Source: Vulcanimicrobiota bacterium
GTDB lineage: Bacteria; Vulcanimicrobiota; Vulcanimicrobiia; Vulcanimicrobiales; Vulcanimicrobiaceae
Direction: 5' to 3'
Length of the DNA stretch: 64,000 bases
Assembly: GCA_963795855.1 (NCBI GenBank)
Contig: CAWCIZ010000003.1
Span: 192,001 to 256,000 of the forward strand
The position numbers and the translations under genes were made by a program. Under the pieces are notes generated by a model. The model did no database searches, was not told the DNA's origin, and worked only from the letters and a program-made list of their open reading frames with translations. Below, piece by piece: positions 1 to 9,506 of this stretch (positions are counted from its first letter, which is position 1; each line of letters starts with the position of its first letter).

Positions 1-698
1 TCGGTGCTGATGCGATCGAGCAGCTTTCCGTCGGCCGCCAAGTACGGACCGGCCAGGCCTTTCGCGCGATCGAGGATTGCCTGCGCGGTTTGTGCGTCGT
101 GCACGTGACCGCTGACGATGACGTTGCCTTTGCCGTCCGGATCGACGCGAATGTCGTCCGCGCCCGCGACGCTCGCGAGATCTTTTTGCAAATCTCCGAG
201 CGGGTGCGCGACCGTCACCGCGTTGACGATCGAATATTTCTGCGCCTTTGCGTAATCGCCGAATCGGCTGAGAATGTCGTTCAGACTGCTATAGTGGGCG
301 CCGTCGGCAACGGTGCCGCGCACGACGACGGAGTCGCGGAAGCTGACGACTTGCACGCCCGGTTCGTCGATGGACGTGCGCAGCATCTGCGCGAGGTCGT
401 CCATCGTTTGTTCCGTCACCGTCACGTCGTACGTCTCGCGATGGCCGCCGAGCCACACGAACACCGTCGTGTGACCCGGCGTTTTTCCGTTCACCACCAG
501 TTGCGAGGTCCCGATGGGAAGCACGCCGGCGATGCGCCCGTCGCCGACCGCAACGCGAGCCAGGCCGGGAGTCTGTAACAGGACCGAATGTCCAGACTGT
601 ACCGAAAGCAGCGAGACGGTTTCGGCGGATGCGGGTGCGGCTGTCGTCAATACGGCGAACGCCGAGGCGACGAGCAGTCCAAAGAGCCGGTTGCGCAT
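1..698 (-). CDS. cpaC: Tad/Flp pilus secretin (RcpA/CpaC family), N-terminal part; runs off the window edge
   Basis: Not in ORF track; translated by hand from ATG 698 (GGAG SD upstream): MRNRLFGLLVASAFAVLTTAAPASAETVSLLSVQSGHSVLLQTPGLARVAVGDGRIAGVLPIGTSQLVVNGKTPGHTTVFVW... Signal peptide, pilus-secretin N-terminal pattern (RVAVGD..IA.V...VNGK.PG.T.V.VW) and BON-like repeats; adjacent to tad genes. Confidence 0.8.
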   Translation of the reverse strand, partial: MRNRLFGLLVASAFAVLTTAAPASAETVSLLSVQSGHSVLLQTPGLARVAVGDGRIAGVLPIGTSQLVVNGKTPGHTTVFVWLGGHRETYDVTVTEQTMDDLAQMLRTSIDEPGVQVVSFRDSVVVRGTVADGAHYSSLNDILSRFGDYAKAQKYSIVNAVTVAHPLGDLQKDLASVAGADDIRVDPDGKGNVIVSGHVHDAQTAQAILDRAKGLAGPYLAADGKLLDRIST

Positions 699-876
699 GT
701 GGTGTCTCCAGGGACCTTTCGAGCGGGTCGTGCGGCTATTATGCCATGGGTGGATACGTTAACACGTCAACAATCAATAGACGTTACGTTAAGTATCAGT
801 AATTTCAGCCGATTTTATCTTGCGGCAGCAGCCCAGCGAGTGTCATGATGCACCCACCACAGGACACGGAGGCATC

Positions 877-1569
877 ATGCGGACCATAAACGCACTGGCG
901 GTTCTAACGCTCGGTCTCTCGGCTTTACCGGCCGGGGCGCAGCAGCTTGAAACCGTTGCGACGGTCGCCGCGCACAGCGGCTACGCGTCTGCGTGGTCCA
1001 GCCAGGATTCCGTCCTGGTCCTGAGCCGGCCCGGCATCGTTGTTGTGCTGCGGCCCGGATCACCGGTGTATCAGGTGAACGACCACGACGAGGTCGCGGA
1101 CAGCGCGCCGAGCTACTCGCACGGCACACTGTACGTAACTTCGACGCTGGCCGGCCATCTGGAAGCGTTGGCGCGGCGGTTCTCCCCTGCCGCCGCGCAT
1201 GACGCGGAGCCACTTTCGATCGCCGATGCCGATGCCCGCGGTTCGATTACCATGGAGGCTCGACAACTCCAAGGCGCTGAGGCACTCACGGTCGACGGTT
1301 CCGCTCCCCCGAGTATTCCGGTCACCATCACGCTGCTGGCCGTCGTATCGTCGGATATTCCGACGATCGTCGTGAGCCGACATGACGTCGTCTCCGACGC
1401 AAGCGGTCGTTTCTCCACGATCATCCCAATCGCGTCCGCTTACGAGCGCGGCACGCTCTTACGAGTCGTCGCCACGACAGCATCCGGGGCAGGTTCTGCG
1501 TCGAGCGCACTGGTCATACAGGCGCCCAACGACGGACTTACGGTCCCCCTCGAACAGTTGCCGCACTGA
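877..1569 (+). CDS. Secreted protein with copper-amine-oxidase N-terminal (stalk)-like domain
   Basis: GGAGG SD at 868-872; signal peptide MRTINALAVLTLGLSALPAGA; LRPGSPVYQVND...APSYSHGTLYV resembles the stalk domain. Confidence 0.55.
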   Translation: MRTINALAVLTLGLSALPAGAQQLETVATVAAHSGYASAWSSQDSVLVLSRPGIVVVLRPGSPVYQVNDHDEVADSAPSYSHGTLYVTSTLAGHLEALARRFSPAAAHDAEPLSIADADARGSITMEARQLQGAEALTVDGSAPPSIPVTITLLAVVSSDIPTIVVSRHDVVSDASGRFSTIIPIASAYERGTLLRVVATTASGAGSASSALVIQAPNDGLTVPLEQLPH

Positions 1570-1607
1570 ACTCGATTCGCACTCTGCTCCACGAACGGAG
1601 GACTCTT

Positions 1608-1769
1608 ATGTTCAAGAATATGCTCTCGATGCTTCGCAACGATGACGGCGCCACGATGGTGGAATACGGCATCATGGTTGCACTCATCGCCGCGGTCTGC
1701 ATCGTGCTGATCGCAGCGCTGGGCGGAAAAGTTTCGACCGCGTTCTCGACTGTCAACAGCGCAATCTAG
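1608..1769 (+). CDS. flp: Flp pilin 1 (53 aa)
   Basis: Hand-translated: MFKNMLSMLRNDDG|ATMVEYGIMVALIAAVCIVLIAALGGKVSTAFSTVNSAI; Flp motif G|ATMVEY; GGAGGA SD. Confidence 0.93.
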   Translation: MFKNMLSMLRNDDGATMVEYGIMVALIAAVCIVLIAALGGKVSTAFSTVNSAI

Positions 1770-1785
1770 AACGACACTACAGAAA

Positions 1786-1832
1786 CCGTTTAGCCGGGGC
1801 TGGCTCTCCCCTACAGCCCCGGCTCAAAACGG
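1786..1832 (+). promoter_or_regulatory. Strong intercistronic stem-loop between the two flp genes
   Basis: AGCCGGGGCTG (1792-1802) pairs perfectly with CAGCCCCGGCT (1814-1824), extended by CCGTTT/AAACGG; no U-tract. Confidence 0.7.
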
Positions 1833-1839
1833 CGGAGGC

Positions 1840-2010
1840 ATGATGGACGCTCAACTTCGACTCTTTCGCGATGACTCCGGTGCAACGATGGTCGAGTACG
1901 CGATCATGCTCATGTTCATAGCCGCCGTCTGCATCGCACTCGTTGCCGCGATCGGCGGCGCGACCTCATCGGAATTTTCCAGTTTCAACAGCCAGGTGAA
2001 CAGCTTATGA
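1840..2010 (+). CDS. flp: Flp pilin 2 (start 1840 or 1843)
   Basis: Hand-translated: MMDAQLRLFRDDSG|ATMVEYAIMLMFIAAVCIALVAAIGGATSSEFSSFNSQVNSL; GGAGG SD; ATGA overlap with next gene. Confidence 0.9.
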   Translation: MMDAQLRLFRDDSGATMVEYAIMLMFIAAVCIALVAAIGGATSSEFSSFNSQVNSL

Positions 2011-2528
2011 CGCTCGCCGTGGCTTTCGTACTTGCCGCGTCGCTCGTGGCCGCGATCGCCGACGTTCGCACCCGGCGCATACCAAACGCGCTTGCAGGCG
2101 CGCTCCTCGTGAGCGGCCTCGCGCTGAACGGTTTTGCCGGATGGCACGCGGTCGCAGCCGATCTCGCGATTCTCGCTTTGGTGGTCGTTGCCGGCACATT
2201 CGCATTTTCTCTGCGTTTGATCGGCGGCGGAGACGTTAAACTGCTTGCGGCCGCCGCGGGAACGCTGGCGTATCCGTCGGGAATCGATTTTTTACTTTTC
2301 ACGCTCGTTTGCGGCGGCTTCATCGCGGTCGCGTATTCCGCATTTCGCGGGCGGCTCGGCGTGACTTTCTCGAACGTGCGCGCGATGGCGTTCCCTATTT
2401 TTACCGGGGCGGCACCGGCGCGCCCCCAGGCGGGACTTGCGATGCCTTACGCGGTCGCAATCTTCGCCGGCGCCTTTTGCACCGCACTGCTTAACGGCTT
2501 CGCGCCGCATCTGAGGATCCTGCCATGA
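2007..2528 (+). CDS. cpaA: Prepilin peptidase, A24 family (CpaA/TadV)
   Basis: DVRTRRIPN and GGGDVKLL aspartate motifs, C-terminal MPYAVAI; follows flp. Confidence 0.9.
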   Translation: MTLAVAFVLAASLVAAIADVRTRRIPNALAGALLVSGLALNGFAGWHAVAADLAILALVVVAGTFAFSLRLIGGGDVKLLAAAAGTLAYPSGIDFLLFTLVCGGFIAVAYSAFRGRLGVTFSNVRAMAFPIFTGAAPARPQAGLAMPYAVAIFAGAFCTALLNGFAPHLRILP

Positions 2529-3448
2529 CAAATCGGCGCACGACGCTCATCGTCGCGATCGTTCTCGCGATCGGCGCGGGGTGGCTTACCTTGAATTACC
2601 TCTCGTCGCTTCAGCGGCAGAGCAGCGCCGACGGCGCCCCGCGCGACGTCGTCGTTGCCGCGCAGCTGATTCCCGCGCGCGTGACCATTACACCCGCTAT
2701 GCTCACGCACGTGCAGCGTCCGGCAAACGCGGTCGATCCGAATGCGCTGACGGACGAACAAGCCGCGGTCGGTGCGCTCTCGCTCATTACGATACCGGCG
2801 GGTTCCGGCATCACGAGCACGATGGTTGGTCATCCGACGGACGTGGGGCTTCCCGTACGCCTCAAATCCGGTATGCGCGCCGTAAGCGTTCAGATCGACA
2901 AAGTGAAAGGCGTTTCGGGTCTCATCGAACCGGGCGACTACGTCGACGTCATCGCCGATCCGCCCAAGAGCGGCAATCAGCCGCCGCCGGCGTCCGCAAT
3001 TTTGCGCGGCGTCCGCGTGCTCGCGATCGGGCATTCGCTGGAATACAGCTCGGCAACGCCGTCACCGCAGGAAGCCGATTCGACGACCGTGACGCTCGAA
3101 GTGACGCCGAAACAAGCGGATCTCCTCGTGATGGCGGACTTGAACGCGACGCTTCGTCTTGCGCTGCGTTCGCCCAAAGAACCGCTGAACTCCGAGCCCG
3201 TCGAAGCGCTGCACTTCTTTGGATCGGGCGCCGGACAGCCCGACGACGGTTCCACGAACCAGCAAACGCCGGTAGAAGCGATGGCGATGGCGCTGAAGGC
3301 CGTCGCTCGGCCCGACGGCGCCGCCGGGCAACGCCTGCAAGATCCGCCGATCACGCATTCCACCCACGCCGATCCGCCGCTATCGTCCGTAACGATTATC
3401 GACGGCGATCATTACGCGGGGGCCAACGGAGGGTCGTCTTCGCCGTGA
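2525..3448 (+). CDS. cpaB: Flp pilus assembly protein CpaB/RcpC
   Basis: N-terminal TM, SAF-like VVVAAQLIPA, GMRAVSV..DKVKGVSGLIEPGDYVDVI, VRVLAIG, TVTLEVTP, LRLALRS. Confidence 0.92.
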   Translation: MTNRRTTLIVAIVLAIGAGWLTLNYLSSLQRQSSADGAPRDVVVAAQLIPARVTITPAMLTHVQRPANAVDPNALTDEQAAVGALSLITIPAGSGITSTMVGHPTDVGLPVRLKSGMRAVSVQIDKVKGVSGLIEPGDYVDVIADPPKSGNQPPPASAILRGVRVLAIGHSLEYSSATPSPQEADSTTVTLEVTPKQADLLVMADLNATLRLALRSPKEPLNSEPVEALHFFGSGAGQPDDGSTNQQTPVEAMAMALKAVARPDGAAGQRLQDPPITHSTHADPPLSSVTIIDGDHYAGANGGSSSP

Positions 3449-5536
3449 GCGTTACCTTCGCGTTCATCAATGCGAAAGGCGGGTCGGGTGCGACGACGAT
3501 CTGCGCGGAATTGGCGAGATCGCTGCGGTCCGACCGCAGCGTTGCGCTAGTAGACGGAGATCTGTCGGGCCGGCGCAACATCGCGATTTTGTTTGATGCG
3601 GTTCGCACGCTCGACAATGCGCGCGGAAACGGACCACTCGCCGTTACGCGCACCGGATCGCTCACGATCGCCGAACTTGCTCCCGCTTACGACGCGGCGT
3701 TCACGATTCATCTCGACGACGTGGAGCAACTCGCGGTATCGCTCAGCGAGAACGAGTACGTTCTCGCCGACGTGCCCGTCCCGTTTGCGGCACCGGTCCG
3801 CCCGTTCGTCGTCCGAGCGACGCGTTTTGTCGTCGTCTGCGAGCCGACGCTGCTCGGAATCGCATCCGCGCGCACGACCATTGCCGAGCTCAAACGTTTC
3901 GGCGTACCGCTCACGCGCATCGTCATTCTCACGAACTGCCGCGACGGAAGCCCCGCCGCTTCGCGCGCCGACATCGAACGCGCGCTCGAAACGAAGGTCA
4001 TGGGCGAACTGCCCGCGACCGCCGATCGCGGATACGCTAAAGCGCTTGGCGCCGTCGAGAGAATCCTGCGCTCCATCGCGACGGAGCCGGAAATCGAAGT
4101 TCTTCTGCCGAGCGCGAAAGGACTGATCCAAGACCGCCGCACCGAACCGCGCGCCGCGCACGCCATGAGCACCGCCAAGAGCGGCGGCCGCGAAGCGACG
4201 GCAAACGGGAACCGCGGCAACGCGCACAGCCGGGTGGAGCGTCGTGAAAAGCTCAAACTCGAAATTCACGAGGCGCTCAGCAGCAAGCTCAATCTCGTCG
4301 ACGCAAGTTCCGCGCATTCCGACAGCGCCAAACTCGCCGAACTGCGTCAGAAGATTGAAGATGCCGCTCAGCGCGTCCTCAACGAAAAATCGCACGGCGA
4401 ACTGACGGCCGAAGAATTCGCGCAAATCAAGGAAGACATCGTCAACGAGTCGCTCGGGCTCGGGCCGCTCGAGGACCTCATGCACGACCCGGCCGTCACC
4501 GAGATCATGGTGAACGGCCCGACGATGATCTTCATCGAACGCGGCGGCCAAATCGAACGAACGGGCAAACGCTTCAGCAGCGAGCAGCAACTGCGGCTCG
4601 TCATCGAGCGCATCATCGCCCCGCTTGGACGCCGCCTCGACGAATCCGTGCCGATGGTCGACGCGCGCTTGCCCGACGGCTCGCGCGTGAACGCGATCGT
4701 CGAGCCGCTTGCGATCGACGGCGCCACGCTCACAATTCGCCGCTTCGGTACGCGCCGTCTCACGGCGGAAGATTTGGTCGAGAAAGGCTCGGCCACCACG
4801 CAATTACTCGACTTCCTGCGCGCGTGCATCGAGGGCCGCCTCAACGTGCTCATCAGCGGTGGAACGGGCTCCGGTAAAACGACGTTCCTGAATATTCTTT
4901 CGAGTTACATTCCGAACAGCGAACGCATCATTACCATCGAAGACGCAGCGGAACTGCGTCTCAACCAGCCGCACGTCGTTCGTTTGGAAGCGCGCCCCGC
5001 GAACCTCGAGGGCCGCGGCGAAATAAAAATTCGCGATCTCGTGCGCAACTCGCTGCGCATGCGTCCGGATCGCATCGTGGTCGGCGAGTGCCGCGGCGGA
5101 GAAGCGCTCGACATGCTGCAGGCAATGAACACCGGTCACGACGGTTCGTTGACGACGGCGCACGCAAACTCGCCGCGCGACGCTCTCTCGCGGTTGGAGA
5201 CGATGGTGATGATGGCGGGCTTCGATCTCCCGGTGCGCGCCATCCGCGAGCAAATCGCCAGCGCCGTCGATCTCATCATTCAAACCGCGCGCATGCGCGA
5301 CGGCAGCCGCAAAATTACGTCCGTCAGTGAAATCGTAGGCATGGAAGGCGACGTCGTCACCATGCAAGAGATTCTGAAATTCCAGCAGCAGGGCGTCGAC
5401 GTCGACAGCAAAGTGCGCGGCGAATTTCAGTACACCGGCGTGCAGCCGCAATGCCTGCAGCGTCTCGAGGAATACGGCATCACGTACGACGTACGGCAGA
5501 CTCTCGACACTCGCTTCCGCCGGATCGCTATGGTAA
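3445..5536 (+). CDS. cpaF: Fused CpaE/TadZ-like (ParA/MinD-like) + CpaF/TadA ATPase; probable indel near 5499, true C-terminus likely [11 protein letters not shown]
   Basis: GTG 3445 overlaps the cpaB stop; KGGSGATT deviant Walker A; then [58 protein letters not shown]. Confidence 0.88.
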
Positions 5537-6363
5537 CGCAGGTTCAAAGCGCCGCAGCCGGCATTTTCACGCGGCTCAAAGACTCCGGCCACGAACGCGC
5601 CGAGTACACGCGGCAGCTTGCGGACACGTTGGACCGCGCGGGAATAACGTACAAGCCGCAAGAGATCCTCATTGGGCTCGGCATCGCAACCGCGGTCCTC
5701 ACCATCGCGCTTGCGGCGATCACCCGCCCGCCCGCGGCGTTTGCACTGCTCTACGTGCCGGTCTCAGCCGGTGCGGCGTACATGGGCTTTTGGATGCTCG
5801 TGCGGATGAAACTGCGCAAGCGTTTGAACACGTTCGTCGAGCAACTCGAACTGGCGCTGCGGCTCATCGCAAGCGGCGTTCGCATCGGTCTGGGCCTGCG
5901 TCAAGCACTGACGATCGTCATCGAGGAAATGCCGGACCCCGCACGGCACGAATACATGCGCGTCGTAGGCCAAACGAACATCGGCGTGAGCGCGTACGAC
6001 GCGCTCGACAATCTGGCCAAGCGCATGCCGAGCAACGAAACGCTGATGATGGCCCGCGCCATTCGCATTCAGTCGCAAACCGGCGGCGACTTGGGAAAAA
6101 TTCTCGAGCACCTGGCAGAGACGATCAAAGAACGGCGCCGTATTCAGCGTAAAGTCCAGGCCCTCACAGCCGAAGGCCGCGCAAGTGCCGGCATCCTTTC
6201 CGCGCTTCCGCCGTTCTTGACCGGCTTCATTTCGCTGACCGAACCGCAGATGGGGCACGCGCTGCTGCTCACCAGCCCCGGCCACGTTGCGCTCGGCATC
6301 GTGTTCGTCCTCGAAACGCTCGGCGTAATCACCCTCATGCGCATGCTGAAGATCGACGTCTGA
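5530..6363 (+). CDS. tadB: TadB (T2SS-F family) inner membrane platform protein
   Basis: QLELALRLIASGVRIGLGLRQAL, QTGGDL..ILE.LAETIKER, ALTAEGR; ATG 5530 overlaps the alternative-frame cpaF stop. Confidence 0.88.
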   Translation: MVTQVQSAAAGIFTRLKDSGHERAEYTRQLADTLDRAGITYKPQEILIGLGIATAVLTIALAAITRPPAAFALLYVPVSAGAAYMGFWMLVRMKLRKRLNTFVEQLELALRLIASGVRIGLGLRQALTIVIEEMPDPARHEYMRVVGQTNIGVSAYDALDNLAKRMPSNETLMMARAIRIQSQTGGDLGKILEHLAETIKERRRIQRKVQALTAEGRASAGILSALPPFLTGFISLTEPQMGHALLLTSPGHVALGIVFVLETLGVITLMRMLKIDV

Positions 6364-7226
6364 TGAGTCCGACCATTCTCGGCATCGTTTGCCTCGGCGC
6401 AGTTGCCGTCTTCCTGTTTGCGATATCGCTGATTCCTCAGCAAAGCGTTCTCAAGAAGACGCTGGAAGAGCTGGAATCGCGCGGCATGCAGCTGGACTCG
6501 AAAGGCGTGCGCGCATTTGAAAAGATCTTTTCGGCCGAACGGCGCGGGCGCCTCAAACGCCGCATCATCGAGGCCGGCTGGTACACCGTCACGCCCGCAC
6601 AGATCGGTGTGCGCATCGTCGCGGGCGGTCTCTTGGGCGTAGGCTTTGCCGGCGCGTTGGTCACGGTTCTGCATCTGAAGATGCCGGTCGGAGCGGTGAT
6701 CGTCTTGATGGCAGGCGGAATCGGATCGTATATTCCTCTCGCCTTTCTGGACAAAGCGGTCGCCGCGCGAAAAGTCGCGGTGCAGCGATCGCTGCCCGAT
6801 TTTCTCGACATGGTTGCGACTACGGTGCAAGCCGGCTTGTCCGTGAATCAATCGCTCGGGCATGCGATGGAAGTCGCGCCGGGCGCGCTGGGCGAAGAGA
6901 TTCGCGCAGCGCTTTCCGAGATTCGGCTTGGCCGCGCACGCGCCGACGCGCTGAAAGCCGCCGCGGAACGATTGCAGCAGCAGCAATTCACGACCACGAT
7001 TACCGCGATCACGCAAGCGGAGCGCTTGGGCACGAACATTTCCAAAGTTCTCAACGAACTCGCCGAAGACGTGCGAAACCATCGCATCATGCTCGTGGAG
7101 GAACACGCCGCAAAACTGCCGGTGAAGATGGTGTTCCCGATGGCGCTCTTCATGCTTCCCGCGCTGTTCGTCGTGATTTTCGGAGCGCTCGCGGCAAACT
7201 ATCTCTCCTCGCCCCACTCGCCATGA
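6363..7226 (+). CDS. tadC: TadC (T2SS-F family)
   Basis: LPDFLDM...VQAGLS, QAERLGT.I, AAKLPVKMVFPM. Confidence 0.92.
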   Translation: MSPTILGIVCLGAVAVFLFAISLIPQQSVLKKTLEELESRGMQLDSKGVRAFEKIFSAERRGRLKRRIIEAGWYTVTPAQIGVRIVAGGLLGVGFAGALVTVLHLKMPVGAVIVLMAGGIGSYIPLAFLDKAVAARKVAVQRSLPDFLDMVATTVQAGLSVNQSLGHAMEVAPGALGEEIRAALSEIRLGRARADALKAAAERLQQQQFTTTITAITQAERLGTNISKVLNELAEDVRNHRIMLVEEHAAKLPVKMVFPMALFMLPALFVVIFGALAANYLSSPHSP

Positions 7227-7834
7227 TCGTTCCGGCTCTCTTCGGCGCGATATTTTTTACCGCCGCGGGCGTGGTTGGTGCCGTACTCGGCGTCACGTTC
7301 GCCGAAAACATCGAAGGATTTCCGGATGGTCCGCGCCCCGAAAAGGCGCCGATTCCACTGCTCGTCGCGGCCTGCGCGCTCATCGGTGCGTTCCTTACCG
7401 CGCGCGGTACACCGCCGCTGCAGACGCTTCTTCTCGCCGTCGTCTGCCTTGCGCTCGTCGCTATTTTCATCGTTGACACGCGCCGCGGCATCGTTCCCGA
7501 CGCGTTTACGCTGGGACCGCTCGCACTCGTGCTCGTTCTTGCACTTCGTCAGCACGACTGGGGGCTGCTCGGAGCCGCCGTCCTTCCGCTGCTGCCGTTC
7601 GCGGCGATTGCGTTGTTTTCGAAGGGACGCGGCATGGGATGGGGCGACGTGAAGCTCGCGGCGCTCGGCGGCGCCGTTCTGGGCGCGCAGTGGGCAACGA
7701 TCGCTTTCATGGCCGCGTGTTTCGCGGCGGTCGTGACGGCGTACGCGCGAGGCCGCCAAAAAGATCCGCTCGCGTTCGGGCCGTATCTGAGCGCGGCGAT
7801 AGGCGTTGCGATTCCGATGGCGGTTCTTCATTAA
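7223..7834 (+). CDS. Second A24 prepilin peptidase (PilD C-terminal-like, no Zn/CxxC domain)
   Basis: IVDTRRGIVPD, GMGWGDVKLAA, LAFGPYL. Confidence 0.85.
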   Translation: MIVPALFGAIFFTAAGVVGAVLGVTFAENIEGFPDGPRPEKAPIPLLVAACALIGAFLTARGTPPLQTLLLAVVCLALVAIFIVDTRRGIVPDAFTLGPLALVLVLALRQHDWGLLGAAVLPLLPFAAIALFSKGRGMGWGDVKLAALGGAVLGAQWATIAFMAACFAAVVTAYARGRQKDPLAFGPYLSAAIGVAIPMAVLH

Positions 7835-7851
7835 ACAAGCCGGTGCAGCGC

Positions 7852-8196
7852 ATGGGAATTTTGAAGAACGCGACCACCGGTGAGATTATCGCCGCTCGCG
7901 TGCGCTATGCCGACACGTGGTGGGATCGCCTCGCCGGATTCATTCCGAAAGGCGTGATCGAGCCCGACGACGGGTTATGGTTTCGCGATTGCTGGGCGAT
8001 TCATACGCTGTGCATGCGCGCCAAAATCGACGTCATCTTCCTGGATCGGCAAGGACGCGTGGTCCGCGCGGATCGAGAAGTGCGGCTGAACCGGCCCGTG
8101 CTCGCGTGTGCCGGCGCGCGCGACGTCATCGAACTGGGCGCGGGTGCGCTGGACGGACGCGACGTGCTGGCCGGCGATCGGCTGGAGCTGGAGTGA
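7852..8196 (+). CDS. DUF192 domain protein
   Basis: ADTWWDRLAG, GLWF..C.AIHT..M...IDVIFLD..G.VV, VIEL.AG; common at tad loci. Confidence 0.85.
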   Translation: MGILKNATTGEIIAARVRYADTWWDRLAGFIPKGVIEPDDGLWFRDCWAIHTLCMRAKIDVIFLDRQGRVVRADREVRLNRPVLACAGARDVIELGAGALDGRDVLAGDRLELE

Positions 8197-9506
8197 TGCG
8201 CTACTTCGCCGCGCTCGTCAGTTTCTCGGTTGCCACGGCGTTCGCGGCGCACGCGCAATTGCTGCCGGAATTTCTCGTGGAAGTGCGCGACCCGAATCTG
8301 CTGGGCGGGGCGCTCCTGGCTGCCGCACTCAAAACATGCGGCTACGCGTTCGTTCTCGCGCTCTGCGCGGTGCTTACCGGCGCAGCCGTTCTTCTATCGG
8401 CCTGGCGCACGCGCATGCGCGGCGCGCCGGACCTCTACGCCGCGCTTGCGGCGGTTCTTGCGGCAATCTGCTTGACCGGCGGGTTCGGACTTACGCTCGA
8501 TCCGCTCGGCTGGTTCTGCGCTGCTGCTTTCGCGTTCTTGCTGGAACGCAGGGGACGCTTCGCCATCATCTGCGCATTCGCGGTCGTTGCCGTCTGGTCG
8601 CTTTTGCAGGGCGGCGCGCCGCTGGCCGCATTGCTCGCACTGCTCTCGTTCGCAGGCGCTTGGATCGACGCGCGCTCGCTGCGCGCGGACGTGCGCGACA
8701 AAGCCGTACTGGCAGCAGGATGCGTCGTGCTGGGAACGCTCCAATTGCATGCGGCTCCCTGGCACGCGTACGGGCCGCACGCGCTCTATCTCGATGCGTT
8801 GCTTCCGGGAGCTCAGCGCGATCGGCTTTGGAGCGGCGGCCTCGGCGTGAATGCGCTTGCATTTTCGTGCTTGCTGATCACGGCGGCATGGTACGGAGTT
8901 CGGCGCCGCGGAAAAGTGGGCGACGCGCTCGCATTTTTCGCGCTGACGCTGCTCGCGATGGTGGACACGCGCAATCTGCCGTATTTCGGATTGCTCGCGG
9001 CGCCCATCGTCGCCGATGCGGCGGCGAGTTATTACGTCAACGCGAGAACGGAGCCCGCCGGATCGTTCATCGGCTACAGCGCCGCGTTCCTGGCCTGCGC
9101 ATTCACGTTCATCGCGACGATCGTCGGCACGGAACCAAAAGTAACGTTATGGCCGCAGGCGGCCGAGCAGCCTGCAAAACTCCTTGTGGCGCTCGCCTCG
9201 GATCGCCGGCCGCACGTCGTCCTGTGCGAGCAGCCGCGCTGGTGCGACGGAACGCGCGACGTCTTCCCGAACGTGCACGCGCTTCTCGACGACCGCGCCG
9301 GTCTGGCCGGCGTCGGAACGCTGCGCACGCAGCAAGATGCGGTTGCAACGCGCGGCGCCTGGCGATCGGAACTCGCAAACGCTCGCGTCGACGCCGTCAT
9401 CGCGCAAAGCAATGCAAACATCGTCGCGCTGCTGACCGAGACGGGCTGGAAGCTCGAGCGCAGCGACGGCGCGCGCGTGCTGCTGCTGCCGGAGAATCCA
9501 CGATGA
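8196..9506 (+). CDS. Polytopic membrane protein, degenerate paralog of the downstream GT-C-like protein
   Basis: TGATG coupling; many TMs; shares AVWSLLQG/ALWANLHA, RNLP/RHIP, LLDDR/FIDGR and VDAVI/VDSVL with 9503-10915. Confidence 0.6.
   Translation: MRYFAALVSFSVATAFAAHAQLLPEFLVEVRDPNLLGGALLAAALKTCGYAFVLALCAVLTGAAVLLSAWRTRMRGAPDLYAALAAVLAAICLTGGFGLTLDPLGWFCAAAFAFLLERRGRFAIICAFAVVAVWSLLQGGAPLAALLALLSFAGAWIDARSLRADVRDKAVLAAGCVVLGTLQLHAAPWHAYGPHALYLDALLPGAQRDRLWSGGLGVNALAFSCLLITAAWYGVRRRGKVGDALAFFALTLLAMVDTRNLPYFGLLAAPIVADAAASYYVNARTEPAGSFIGYSAAFLACAFTFIATIVGTEPKVTLWPQAAEQPAKLLVALASDRRPHVVLCEQPRWCDGTRDVFPNVHALLDDRAGLAGVGTLRTQQDAVATRGAWRSELANARVDAVIAQSNANIVALLTETGWKLERSDGARVLLLPENPR

Noticed and set aside
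2581..6363. 1260-aa CpaE-TadA-TadB triple fusion in the ORF track
   Set aside because: The alternative frame from about 5499 gives [11 protein letters not shown] whose TAA overlaps the tadB ATG (ATGGTAA); one spurious base explains the read-through. The first 288 codons are off-frame cpaB sequence
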